A DNA stretch of 64,000 bases from Bacteroidota bacterium. Its GTDB lineage: Bacteria > Bacteroidota > Bacteroidia > Flavobacteriales_C > GCA-002722245. The notes beneath the pieces are model-generated. The model was not told the DNA's origin. It was given only the letters and a program-made list of their open reading frames with translations, and searched no databases. The stretch spans positions 1,293 through 65,292 of the forward strand of contig JAPLEZ010000152.1 of assembly GCA_026390935.1 (NCBI GenBank), given 5' to 3'. Every line of letters starts with the position of its first letter. Within the stretch, counting starts at the first letter, position 1. Both the position numbers and the translations under genes were made by a program. Shown piece by piece: positions 52,849 to 62,325 of the stretch.

Positions 52849-53289
52849 ATGACTAAATTAGAAATGACAGAAATGGTTCTGTTGGCAAAAGCAAAAAAGA
52901 AATTGCAATGGGCAGAGATTTCAGCGGCGCTCGGTTTGTCGGAAGTTTTTACCACTTCCGCTTGTCTCGGACAAAATACTTTTTCCAAATCCGAAGCTGA
53001 AAAATTGGGCGCTATGCTTTCTTTACCAGAAGACGCAGTAGCTGCCTTGCAGGTTTTTCCAACGAAGGGACAAGGGCAAGTAGTTCCTTCCGATCCGCTG
53101 CTTTACCGCTTTTATGAAATTTGTTATGTGTACGGACCAACCATGAAAGAACTTATTCATGAAAAAATGGGCGATGGCATTATGAGCGCCATCGATTTTA
53201 CTATGGACATAGAGAAGGTGGAAGACCCAAAAGGCGATAGAGTGAAAGTGACTTTGAATGGAAAGTTTTTAGCGTATAAAAAATGGTGA
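52849..53289 (+). CDS. cynS: cyanate hydratase (cyanase)
   Basis: Colinear with E. coli CynS: N-terminal HTH (LLAKAKKKLQWAEIS...), C-terminal cyanase domain (YRFYEICYVYGPTMKELIHEKMGDGIMSAIDF); 146 aa. Confidence 0.85.
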   Translation: MTKLEMTEMVLLAKAKKKLQWAEISAALGLSEVFTTSACLGQNTFSKSEAEKLGAMLSLPEDAVAALQVFPTKGQGQVVPSDPLLYRFYEICYVYGPTMKELIHEKMGDGIMSAIDFTMDIEKVEDPKGDRVKVTLNGKFLAYKKW

Positions 53290-53418
53290 TTTACAGTTGA
53301 TGTTTGAAAGCGGAAATTAATAAAAAGTGGCACTAACGAACTAGCATTGTCATGAGTTAAGGTTAATGATCGTAGTAGAATTTTTACTACCTTCATTTTT
53401 TAAAATAAACCTTTTACC

Positions 53419-53769
53419 ATGTCAGAATTTCCTCCTTGCCCGAAATGTAAATCACCCTATACTTATGATTCAGGATCTTTATTAACTTGTCCGGAATGCG
53501 GCCACGAATGGAGCGCCGAAGAAGTGAAGGCCGAAGAATCAGGTGCCAATGATGCGCAAGTTGTGAGAGACAGTAACGGCGCTATTTTACAAGATGGCGA
53601 TACCGTGGTGGTGATAAAAGATTTGCCTGTAAAGGGCTATTCCAAAAACATCAAAGCCGGAACAAAAGTGAAAAACATTCGCTTGACGGATGGTGATCAC
53701 AATATTGATTGTAAGGTAGAAGGTTTTGGGGCAATGGCGCTCAAATCTATTTTTGTGAAGAAGGCCTAA
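53419..53769 (+). CDS. phnA: PhnA family zinc-ribbon protein
   Basis: CPKCKSPYTYDSGSLLTCPECGHEW zinc ribbon and C-terminal KVKNIRLTDGDHNIDCKVEGFGAMALKSIFVKK colinear with E. coli PhnA. Confidence 0.85.
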   Translation: MSEFPPCPKCKSPYTYDSGSLLTCPECGHEWSAEEVKAEESGANDAQVVRDSNGAILQDGDTVVVIKDLPVKGYSKNIKAGTKVKNIRLTDGDHNIDCKVEGFGAMALKSIFVKKA

Positions 53770-53838
53770 CTCTCTTTTTTGTGCTGAGCTCAGCACAAAT
53801 CAGTTTGTATAAAATACTTACTTTTAAGTCTTACAAGA

Positions 53839-54687
53839 ATGGCAAAGTTTAATAAAACCGATATTTCCAACTATTACAGTTCTACGCACACTCATTACGA
53901 ACAGTGGTGGGGTTTAAAAAACACATTGTCGTTGCACTACGGAATTTGGGATGAAACAACGAAAAATTTTGCCGAGTCATTGGTGAACACAAATAAAGTG
54001 CTTTTTGAAAAGGGTAAAATTAGCGATGGGGATTATGTTTTAGATGCCGGTTGTGGAGTGGGAGGTGCCGCTTTTTTTATGCTGCATGAAAAAAAAGTAC
54101 GAGTAGAAGGAATTACATTGAGTGAAAAGCAAATAAAATTCGCTCAGGAAAAGGCAAAAAATTTGAATTTATCTGAAAGGGTTTCTTTTCATTTAATGGA
54201 TTACACGCAAACAACTTTTCCCGACGAAACCTTTGATGTTGTTTGGGCTTGCGAAAGTTGTTGTCATGCAACTAATAAATCCGATTTTATTAAAGAGGCA
54301 TATCGCATTCTTAAAAAAGGAGGGCGTTTGGTTTTGGTAGATTATTTTCTTGAATCGGAAACGCAAAAAGATGAAAATTCATACATTGAAAAGTGGATCA
54401 CTTCGTGGGCAATTTCAAATTTAGTATCGCGAGAATATTTTACTACGGAATTGCAAAACCATGGATTTAAAAATATTCAGCTTCACGATTATACAAAGGC
54501 CATTTACAAAAGTGCACGTCGCATGTATTTGGCAGGTATTGTTGGAGGTGTGGTTTCTAAAATTTACAATGCTTTTCATCCTAACGTAACTCCTTTTGCC
54601 AAAACGCATTCTAAAAGCGTAGTATATCAGTACAAGGCTTTGAATAAAAATTTATGGAAATATGTTGTTTTCTCAGCTGAGAAATAG
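53839..54687 (+). CDS. class I SAM-dependent methyltransferase
   Basis: VLDAGCGVGGAAF motif I, VWACESCCHA, GGRLVLVDYF post-motif II. Confidence 0.75.
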   Translation: MAKFNKTDISNYYSSTHTHYEQWWGLKNTLSLHYGIWDETTKNFAESLVNTNKVLFEKGKISDGDYVLDAGCGVGGAAFFMLHEKKVRVEGITLSEKQIKFAQEKAKNLNLSERVSFHLMDYTQTTFPDETFDVVWACESCCHATNKSDFIKEAYRILKKGGRLVLVDYFLESETQKDENSYIEKWITSWAISNLVSREYFTTELQNHGFKNIQLHDYTKAIYKSARRMYLAGIVGGVVSKIYNAFHPNVTPFAKTHSKSVVYQYKALNKNLWKYVVFSAEK

Positions 54688-54693
54688 CGCAAT

Positions 54694-55944
54694 TTATTTT
54701 CCTTTTTTAAACAGTAGATCGTAATACAATTTAGGATGCATCAGTCTTTTCTTGGAAATCCGATGATGGAAAATATCCTGCATGAGGCTGTTTGTGTTCG
54801 GTCGTTTCGAAATGAAGTTTAATAAACCAAGTAAAATCCAATTGAAAAATCGAATGCGAAGCAGAGGATAAAATAATCTTCCCATGGCTAAAAACTTTTC
54901 AATGCGCGTGTAAATTTCATCTTCATAAGATTGCAAAAATTCTTTTGAAAAATTTTGTTGCGCCAAAGCTTCCTGTGCTTTCAACGCAGCAAGTTTACCA
55001 CTTAACATGGCTTGATAAATTCCGTTGGCAGTAATGAAATCAATTAATCCTGCCGAATCACCAGCCAACAAAAATCTATCGCCAGTGAGGGTTCTTTTTT
55101 GAATGCCTAAATATAATTTTGATCCTTCAAATTTACTTATGCGCGTGGCCTTTGAAAACTTTTGTTTTAATACCGGATTGGTAGCAATAATTTCTTCAAT
55201 CATTTCCTTCAAGGGAATGTTTTTTCTATTGGCTTTTTGAAGCGAAAGCACCATGTTTACATTGTATTCATTGTTTGGCAAAGGAGTGATGAATACTCCA
55301 CCTGGCATTATTCTTTTATCAAAAAATAGTTCTCCGGTTTCTTTTGCACAATCTACATTTTTGTAGTAGGCGCGAATTCCAACATTGCAATATTTTGGAG
55401 ATTGTTCAAGGTTCAATAATTTTAAAACCGAGTTGTTTGAGCCCGTTGCAACAATCACTAATTTGGCCTTGATGCATTCTCCGTTTTTTGTAAAAAGTTT
55501 TATCCCGTCCGACTCTTTTTCCAAGGCTGAAATTCTGCACTTTTCCATCACTGTGGCGTAGGTGCTTTCTTTCACTTTGTTGAGTAAAATACTGTCGAAG
55601 TTTATTCTTGAAATACAATAACAGCTCGGCTCATCTGTACTGCCTCCAAATGGAACTTGTGCAATTTTTAATGGTTTGTTATTGGTAGGGTAAATATGAC
55701 TTTGCCAAATGGGATTGATTTCATTTTTTTCGCGAAGAGAGCGAATGATGTTCGGATCAATTTCATTGAGCATTCTCAATACACCGGCAGTGATAACATC
55801 GGCACATGGTTTCTGACGTGGAAAAGATGCGGCGTCAACAATAATGTGCTTTATTTGATTTTTGGAAAGTGCTAAGCTAGCCGCCGAACCTGCTGGTCCA
55901 GCTCCAATGATACAAACGTCGGTATTGAAATGCACACTTTCCAT
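54694..55944 (-). CDS. FAD-dependent oxidoreductase, geranylgeranyl reductase family
   Basis: DVCIIGAGPAGSAASLAL dinucleotide-binding motif; GDSAGLIDFITANGIYQAMLSG. Confidence 0.7.
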   Translation of the reverse strand: MESVHFNTDVCIIGAGPAGSAASLALSKNQIKHIIVDAASFPRQKPCADVITAGVLRMLNEIDPNIIRSLREKNEINPIWQSHIYPTNNKPLKIAQVPFGGSTDEPSCYCISRINFDSILLNKVKESTYATVMEKCRISALEKESDGIKLFTKNGECIKAKLVIVATGSNNSVLKLLNLEQSPKYCNVGIRAYYKNVDCAKETGELFFDKRIMPGGVFITPLPNNEYNVNMVLSLQKANRKNIPLKEMIEEIIATNPVLKQKFSKATRISKFEGSKLYLGIQKRTLTGDRFLLAGDSAGLIDFITANGIYQAMLSGKLAALKAQEALAQQNFSKEFLQSYEDEIYTRIEKFLAMGRLFYPLLRIRFFNWILLGLLNFISKRPNTNSLMQDIFHHRISKKRLMHPKLYYDLLFKKGK

Positions 55945-56062
55945 TCGGTTAATAACAGCGCAAGTTAATCATCAAATTTGATTCTTTGAATCCTTTTTAT
56001 TTTTTCGTTCTTCATACTTAAGTGCGAATGATCTCCGTTGTCCCTTCACTAAAGAAATCGGG

Positions 56063-56737
56063 ATGCTGACTTTACTTAAAAAAAACGATCGTTTAGGAAC
56101 AAGTTTGTTCCTGCTTTTTTGCACTCTTTTTTGCGCTTCATTGCTATACGCGCGCATGTACATCACGCAAAACAAAGCTTTTGTTTTATTGAACTGGAAC
56201 TTGTTTTTAGCCATAGTCCCCTGGCTATTGACTTCTTTAATGATGCTGAGTGCTACGCTGCGCAAAAGCAAATTGGTGCTGTTTATTTTTTTATGTGTGT
56301 GGCTGCTGTTTTTCCCTAATTCACCTTATATCCTCACCGACCTGATTCACTTGAAAAAAAGAGCGGGCATTCCAATGTGGTTCGATTTATTAATGATTTT
56401 ATCTTATGCCTGGACGGGCTTGCTTTTTGGCTTTGTGAGCTTGCAAGATATTCATCGCCTGTTGTATGATAATATGTCGAAGTGGATAAGCAATTGCATC
56501 ATTGTTTTCTTATTGTTTCTGGGAAGTGCCGGAATTTTTTTAGGTCGGTTTTTGCGTTGGAACAGCTGGGATATCATTCACCGTCCCAAAGGAATCGCCA
56601 ATGAATTAAGTGAGCGTATTTTTAATCCCGAAGATTATTTGCCCATGTGGTTGTTCACGTTGGTAATGGGAGTGCTGCTGAACACAATGTATTGGTCGGT
56701 AAGTTTGCTGAAGAAAAATAGTGAGTTGAGTGTGTAG
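56063..56737 (+). CDS. DUF1361 family membrane protein
   Basis: FFPNSPYILTDLIHL signature, five or six TM segments. Confidence 0.7.
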   Translation: MLTLLKKNDRLGTSLFLLFCTLFCASLLYARMYITQNKAFVLLNWNLFLAIVPWLLTSLMMLSATLRKSKLVLFIFLCVWLLFFPNSPYILTDLIHLKKRAGIPMWFDLLMILSYAWTGLLFGFVSLQDIHRLLYDNMSKWISNCIIVFLLFLGSAGIFLGRFLRWNSWDIIHRPKGIANELSERIFNPEDYLPMWLFTLVMGVLLNTMYWSVSLLKKNSELSV

Positions 56738-56801
56738 TGACCAACTTTTCCAACATCATGATTTTATTTATATTTAAACCATCCTTTAAATAACTTATAT
56801 C

Positions 56802-58565
56802 ATGAAAAAAATTGGTCTTCTACATTTAATCCTCCTTTCATTTTTTGTTAACTCAGTAGCTCAGGAATCTCCTGCCATCATGATTGAAGACTTTGAAGAT
56901 GGAAATACTCAAAGTATTTTAGGCGGATATTGGTACAGTTTTAACGACAATCAGGGTGGTGGAAAAAGCACCATTAAACAAGCCTCATGGCAGCAAGGTT
57001 TTGTAACAACAGGCGGACATGAGTCAACGGGAATGTTTCAGGTAGAGGTGGTGTTGGACAAAGGAAATTATCAATGGGATCCATACTATGCTTTTGGAAC
57101 TTCTGTTGCAAAATCAGCTTCAGTTAATCCATCTTTATTCGCAGGAATATCATATTGGCACAAAGGAGTAGGGCATGAGCTTCGGGTGGAAACGGAAGAA
57201 ATTACTGATTATGATTTTTATGCAATTCCTGTGCCTGCCGCTGCCGACTGGACTTTGGTGACTATTGATTTTTCAACGCTTACGCAAGGTGGATGGGGAA
57301 AAAAGGTAAATCTCAATTTGGCCAATTCAATAAAATTGGTGTGGAATGCCAACAAAACTTCTGGTAATTTTCAAATTGACGACATTGGTTTTGTCAAAGA
57401 AATCAAGTACGAAAAACAAAACAATATGGTCATTCGTCCTGCTGAAATTCCAGCGCCAGTATTGGTAAAAGGAAATATTTCCAGTTCCTTAAATGACTTA
57501 TCAAAAAAGTATTTAACCAAAGGAATGAATTTGGCGAGTTGGGCCGAAGCAGGAAAAATTAATACGGCTAACACTTCGGATTGGAAATACAATGAAGCAA
57601 CTATAAAACTGCAGGCGGATCAAGGATTGCTGGGCATTCGTTTTCCTATCGATTTGGATTTGTATGTGGTGGATAGAATCAATGTTTTAAATGGCACGCT
57701 AAAGAAAATTGAAATAGAACCAATGCTATATACTTTGTTGGATTCCATGAACACGTGGACAAAGCGCTACAAATTATCTTTAACAATCGACTATCACGCT
57801 TACGATGGAAGTTACAATCGGTCCTCATCAAAAGATCCTAAATTTCGTGAAGCCGTATCATCTTTATGGCGTGTAATTGCTGCGCATTTTATCACTGAAA
57901 AACGCGAAGATCTTTTCTTTGAATTGACGAATGAACCTTGTTTAAGTTTACCAGAAGGAGAGTATATTGATCAGGCTGATTGGACCCTGCTCGCACAAAT
58001 GATGATTGATTCCATCCGTACAATCGACAAAACTCGTCCCATAATTTTTGGCGATACAAAATGGTACAGTCTGGATGAATTAATTAAAAATAAACCACTC
58101 AAAGACAAATACGTGATTTACTGTTTTCACATGTACGATCCTTTTGTTTTTTCACATCAAGGCGCGTCATGGGCAAGCATGGGAACCATGAAGAATGTTC
58201 CTTTTCCGTATTCACCTGAACGTTGGTCAACGGAGTATCGCGACTTTGGTGTCACCAATGGAACGCCACAGTGGGTGAAGGACAACATGGGTAAATATTA
58301 TCAGGAAGGCAACAAACAGTTCATCAAAAATCGATTGGCAAAAGTAAAAAACTGGGCCTTCGATAATCAGGTGCCTTTAATTTGTAACGAGTGGGGCGCT
58401 TATCCTAAATCTGCTAAAATTGAAGACTTAAATGCCTACTTCAAAACCATGGGTGAAATTTTTAAGGAGATGGATATTTCATGGCAGGTGTGGTTTGGTA
58501 TTATGGATTCGGAAAATAAATTATTGCCAGGAATGGCGGAGGCTTTGGATTTAAAAAAGAAGTAA
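56802..58565 (+). CDS. glycoside hydrolase family 5 (cellulase-like) with N-terminal beta-sandwich domain
   Basis: Signal peptide; GH5 catalytic region with FFELTNEP acid/base motif; 587 aa. Confidence 0.75.
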   Translation: MKKIGLLHLILLSFFVNSVAQESPAIMIEDFEDGNTQSILGGYWYSFNDNQGGGKSTIKQASWQQGFVTTGGHESTGMFQVEVVLDKGNYQWDPYYAFGTSVAKSASVNPSLFAGISYWHKGVGHELRVETEEITDYDFYAIPVPAAADWTLVTIDFSTLTQGGWGKKVNLNLANSIKLVWNANKTSGNFQIDDIGFVKEIKYEKQNNMVIRPAEIPAPVLVKGNISSSLNDLSKKYLTKGMNLASWAEAGKINTANTSDWKYNEATIKLQADQGLLGIRFPIDLDLYVVDRINVLNGTLKKIEIEPMLYTLLDSMNTWTKRYKLSLTIDYHAYDGSYNRSSSKDPKFREAVSSLWRVIAAHFITEKREDLFFELTNEPCLSLPEGEYIDQADWTLLAQMMIDSIRTIDKTRPIIFGDTKWYSLDELIKNKPLKDKYVIYCFHMYDPFVFSHQGASWASMGTMKNVPFPYSPERWSTEYRDFGVTNGTPQWVKDNMGKYYQEGNKQFIKNRLAKVKNWAFDNQVPLICNEWGAYPKSAKIEDLNAYFKTMGEIFKEMDISWQVWFGIMDSENKLLPGMAEALDLKKK

Positions 58566-58566
58566 G

Positions 58567-58956
58567 ATGAATAACGACATTCAAAAATACAACAACGCAC
58601 AAGCTCCTGCAGACAGCGAGATTTGCAACTTGCTTGCCGAGGAAATCAGCAAGCATTTACCTGATGCAGAAAATAAAATTTGGCATGCACATCCAGTTTG
58701 GTTTCTGGATGGAAATCCAATTGTTGGATACAGTAAATTGAAAAACAGCGTTCGTTTGTTGTTCTGGAGCGGACAGTCATTTGAAGAAGAAGCATTGCAA
58801 AGTGAAGGAAGTTTCAAAGCTGCTGAAGCGCGATACACTTCGGTGAAAGAAGTAAAAAAATCTGATTTGAAACGCTGGCTTAAAAAGGCAGAAAACATTC
58901 AATGGGATTATAAAAACCTCATTAAAAGAAAAGGAGTTTTGGAACGATTGAAATAA
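58567..58956 (+). CDS. DUF1801 domain protein (YdhG-like)
   Basis: 129 aa, pattern LPDAENKIWHAHPVWFLDGNPIVGYSKLKNSVRLLFW. Confidence 0.65.
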   Translation: MNNDIQKYNNAQAPADSEICNLLAEEISKHLPDAENKIWHAHPVWFLDGNPIVGYSKLKNSVRLLFWSGQSFEEEALQSEGSFKAAEARYTSVKEVKKSDLKRWLKKAENIQWDYKNLIKRKGVLERLK

Positions 58957-58966
58957 AATTTTTACC

Positions 58967-59206
58967 ATGGAAGAAATTACAAAAACATATACGAACGGAG
59001 AAATAACGATCGTGTGGAAACCTAAGACCTGCAGTCATTCCACGAAGTGTTGGAGAGGTCACGAAAGTTTAGTTGAGGTGTTTAATCCAAAAGACCGTCC
59101 GTGGATAAAACCAGAAAACGCGAGCAGTGAAAGAATTGTTGAACAAATTAAAAAGTGTCCTTCTGGCGCATTGAGTTTTTATTATAATGAGGACAAAACT
59201 GTTTAG
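58967..59206 (+). CDS. divergent 4Fe-4S mono-cluster (DUF1271-like) protein
   Basis: 79 aa with C...C..H and CPSGAL motifs. Confidence 0.55.
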   Translation: MEEITKTYTNGEITIVWKPKTCSHSTKCWRGHESLVEVFNPKDRPWIKPENASSERIVEQIKKCPSGALSFYYNEDKTV

Positions 59207-59250
59207 CAGTTATTTTGATCCATCCAGTACGTCTTGCATATTGCTTCCCT

Positions 59251-59369
59251 CTTTAAGAAGAGGGGTGTGAAAGCCTTTTGCGCGGAAGCAGGGAGATGGA
59301 CTCGTGCTAATCCATCTCCCTGCTCACACACTTTCCTAACGCACCCCTCTTCTTCAAGAGGGAAGCAGT
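59251..59369. repeat. GC-rich doubly palindromic element (MITE-like)
   Basis: About 27-bp terminal inverted repeats (gcttccctctttaagaagaggggtgtg / cgcacccctcttcttcaagagggaagc), each arm itself a hairpin, flanking a perfect 13-bp-stem hairpin gcagggagatgga-N10-tccatctccctgc; degenerate partial copy at 24931-24985. Confidence 0.6.
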
Positions 59370-59394
59370 GTGCAAAAAGCCTCCGTTAGTTATA

Positions 59395-60690
59395 TCACTC
59401 ATTGAACTGCGCTCTAATCGCACCAGGTAAAGTCCCCGTCGCCGGAGATTTTATACACACCAGTTTAGAAGGTGATCCTTCATAGCCAATCGTACCAACA
59501 TATACTTTTCCATCAACTGACATCGCCGGCGAGCAAGTGCCCACGTCACTGCCTAAATCATATTGCCAGATAATTTTTCCTGTATTGATGTTCATCACAT
59601 GAATGCGATTCCATCCTGGTTCTACACCCTGACCGTTATTGAGTAATTCCGAAGCGAAAAACACGGTGCTGTCGTTGGCTAAAACCGAACAGGTATAAAT
59701 CTCGCCAAAAGTAGTGTTGCTCCACAACACTGCTGAACCATCGTGTTTCACTTTATAAAAAGCCGAAGCCTTGTTGTGATTTTTTCGTCCTATGTACATA
59801 TTTCCTGCAGCGTCAATGGCCGGAGTGCCGCGCATAAAACCTTCATGCGGCGGATTGTACTTCCAATTGATGCTTCCGTCAGAACAGTTGATGTTGTACA
59901 TCCACACATCGTAACAAAAAACAATTTTGGTTTTTGCTGCATCGGCAAAAGATGCGTTGGAGGTGGCGTCTCCATTTTCGCTGAATGGGTCAATTGGCAG
60001 TATTTTCCACCTTACAGCACCATTGGGATCAATAGACATAAAACATCCCCATTGTACCATGTAAATATTTCCTGAATTATCGATCAGTGGTTTTGAAACG
60101 CTGGCAGTTTGCGTCACTTTCCAGGCCTCCGTTCCATCGGTTTTTGATAAGGCATAAAAATCAGCCCCTTGTACATATACTTTGTCGCCAACATTTAATT
60201 CATAAGCGCCTATGTCTTTAATTTCGCTACCTGTGGCAATAAGTTTTTTCCAGCGCAATGTACCACTGTTGCTGAGAGAATAAACGTAGATAGTTGACGA
60301 ACTCATATCACCGTTTTTTCTTCCCGATTGCACCGTAAAATAAATGTTGTCATCACTGTCTAAAGCAGCACTTCCGCGCACTTCATTGCTGTCGAGGTTA
60401 TATGACCAAATCACGTTAAGTTGCAAATCGAATTTGTAAAATTTATTGTCTTTAGCCGGATCGGAAAACATTTTTTTAGAAGTACCGATGTACAAAAAAT
60501 TTCCTTTGATGATGGGTGAGTTGTAATCGAAACCACTTTCTCCAGGCGCAAAGGAATACTCAATTTTGTAGTTGGAATTTTCGTTGGTGTTGTTGGTCTG
60601 ATCGTCTTTTTTGTCCTCAGTTTTTTCTTTTTTACAGGAGAAAAGCACGAGACAAAAGAGGGCAAGGGACAGAAATTTTAAAGTCTTCAT
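59395..60690 (-). CDS. PQQ-like beta-propeller repeat lipoprotein
   Basis: Lipoprotein signal LVLFSCKK; repeated beta-propeller blades (GNFLYIGT, DNIYFTV, GNIYMVQ, GNMYIG, GKVYVGT). Confidence 0.6.
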   Translation of the reverse strand: MKTLKFLSLALFCLVLFSCKKEKTEDKKDDQTNNTNENSNYKIEYSFAPGESGFDYNSPIIKGNFLYIGTSKKMFSDPAKDNKFYKFDLQLNVIWSYNLDSNEVRGSAALDSDDNIYFTVQSGRKNGDMSSSTIYVYSLSNSGTLRWKKLIATGSEIKDIGAYELNVGDKVYVQGADFYALSKTDGTEAWKVTQTASVSKPLIDNSGNIYMVQWGCFMSIDPNGAVRWKILPIDPFSENGDATSNASFADAAKTKIVFCYDVWMYNINCSDGSINWKYNPPHEGFMRGTPAIDAAGNMYIGRKNHNKASAFYKVKHDGSAVLWSNTTFGEIYTCSVLANDSTVFFASELLNNGQGVEPGWNRIHVMNINTGKIIWQYDLGSDVGTCSPAMSVDGKVYVGTIGYEGSPSKLVCIKSPATGTLPGAIRAQFNE

Positions 60691-60790
60691 AAAGTGGATT
60701 TATGGGGGCTTTTACATGATTTTTGTGAACTTGTTTCATAAAGTTAAAGGCGCTTGTTTTTGTTTGTAAAAGTAATGTAGATTATTACTT

Positions 60791-61765
60791 TTGATATGGA
60801 TAAGAAATGATACCATGAAAAATTTATTTGCCCTGTTTTTTATATTGATCACTTCCGTTGGTTTTGCTCAAACTCAAATGGAAATGAATGAGGAAGCATA
60901 TAGAGATTTTCACCAATCAGATTCTGTTCTCAATAGAACATACAGCGATATTATTAAGCTTTATAAGTCTGATCCTGAATTTATCAACGCTTTAAAAAAA
61001 TCGCAACGCTTGTGGATTAAATTCCGTGATGCGGAATTGGAAATGAAATTTCCCAATTATAAAGAAGCAGGATATTATGGAAGCATACATCCTATGTGCA
61101 GAGCATATTATTTGAAGGAATTGACGGATAAGCGCATTGAAACGCTCATGGAATGGAGAATAGGAGGAGAAGAGGGCGATGGTTGTGGTGGCTCGGTGAA
61201 GTTAAGAGAAGATTTTCTTATGGATTCTTTATTGGCTGTCGCGAAAATTCATCCTGATCAGTTGTATAAACCTTTTGATTCTCTTGATTTTGATAAGGTA
61301 ATGGCCTTTAATTTTTTTATTGATAGTAAGACTTTTCTCCCACTTAGTACTTATGAAGTTGGAAGTATCGTAAGCAATGGTTCACTTATTTATTCCACCC
61401 ATTTTCCAGGCGTTGAGTTAACGAAAAATCAAATTAATACGCTTAATAATCTGTTCTCCGACACTCTGACTTTTGGTGGCGAAAAACGCGCTTGTTTTGA
61501 ACCACATCATGCCTTTGTATTTTATAAAGGAAACAAAATTGTCAATGCGATTAACATCTGTCTCGATTGTAATCAAATGAATTCCGATTTTAAAATCCCT
61601 GCAATGGAGTATTATATAGCAGACTATGGAATGACTGATGGTCAGCTCGGTATCTCTTTTCAAAATGGTTTTACTGAATCAGGCCGGACTCGATTGATCA
61701 ACCTGATCAGAGAGTTGAAATTACCTTATGTGAGCAGGAAGGATTTAAAAGGGGAGAAGCATTAA
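60791..61765 (+). CDS. DUF1311 (LprI-like) domain protein with uncharacterised C-terminal domain
   Basis: Signal peptide; LNRTYSDIIKLY...SQRLWIKFRDAELEMKFP...HPMCRAYYLKELTDKRIETL matches DUF1311. Confidence 0.6.
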   Translation: MIWIRNDTMKNLFALFFILITSVGFAQTQMEMNEEAYRDFHQSDSVLNRTYSDIIKLYKSDPEFINALKKSQRLWIKFRDAELEMKFPNYKEAGYYGSIHPMCRAYYLKELTDKRIETLMEWRIGGEEGDGCGGSVKLREDFLMDSLLAVAKIHPDQLYKPFDSLDFDKVMAFNFFIDSKTFLPLSTYEVGSIVSNGSLIYSTHFPGVELTKNQINTLNNLFSDTLTFGGEKRACFEPHHAFVFYKGNKIVNAINICLDCNQMNSDFKIPAMEYYIADYGMTDGQLGISFQNGFTESGRTRLINLIRELKLPYVSRKDLKGEKH

Positions 61766-61975
61766 AAAGCAATTTCTAGAGAGAGATTTTTCACATTAGG
61801 ATTCCTGTGGAACTGATGTTTTCAATATTTAAGCTATACGTTCTGCAAGGCTTTAACGTCTAAATATCCCCACCAAATCAAAATCTTACACATTATTTTC
61901 AAAATTCCACTACACTATTTTCCCAAAAAAATCGTCAATTTATTAGAACACAATTATTCACTTAATTTTTAGGTT

Positions 61976-62311
61976 ATGGGAATTCTAATATTGAACGACG
62001 ACAAATCTTTTTTGGACAAAGCAAGAAGATATTATTTCAAAAGAGGCTTCCAAATTCATTTGGAAGATAATGGTGTGGATGGTTTGGTTTCTATTGTAAA
62101 GCATCAGCCTGAAGCCATTATTACCAACATCGACCTGAATGCATTGAGCGGAATAGATCTATACCGTTTGGTAAAAAGCAAAAGTTCTTTTGACGGAAAA
62201 TTTTATTTCATCAGCAATAATATTTCCGACGATGAATTTGATTGCTACAATGAGCGTCATAAAATTTATTCAGAGAAAACTGCTTTTAACAGGATATTGC
62301 CGTTGTTGTAG
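61976..62311 (+). CDS. single-domain response-regulator receiver-like protein (possibly pseudo-receiver)
   Basis: 111 aa with CheY-like pattern (ILILNDDKSF..., AIITNIDLNALSGIDLYRLV); alignment of phospho-acceptor residue ambiguous (N or D). Confidence 0.4.
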   Translation: MGILILNDDKSFLDKARRYYFKRGFQIHLEDNGVDGLVSIVKHQPEAIITNIDLNALSGIDLYRLVKSKSSFDGKFYFISNNISDDEFDCYNERHKIYSEKTAFNRILPLL

Positions 62312-62325
62312 CAGAATCAGTGAAT

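Noticed and set aside
55972-56271. 99-aa minus-strand ORF between the FAD oxidoreductase and DUF1361 genes
   Set aside because: Overlaps the start of the DUF1361 gene on the other strand, Lys/Arg-rich low-complexity product; probably spurious.
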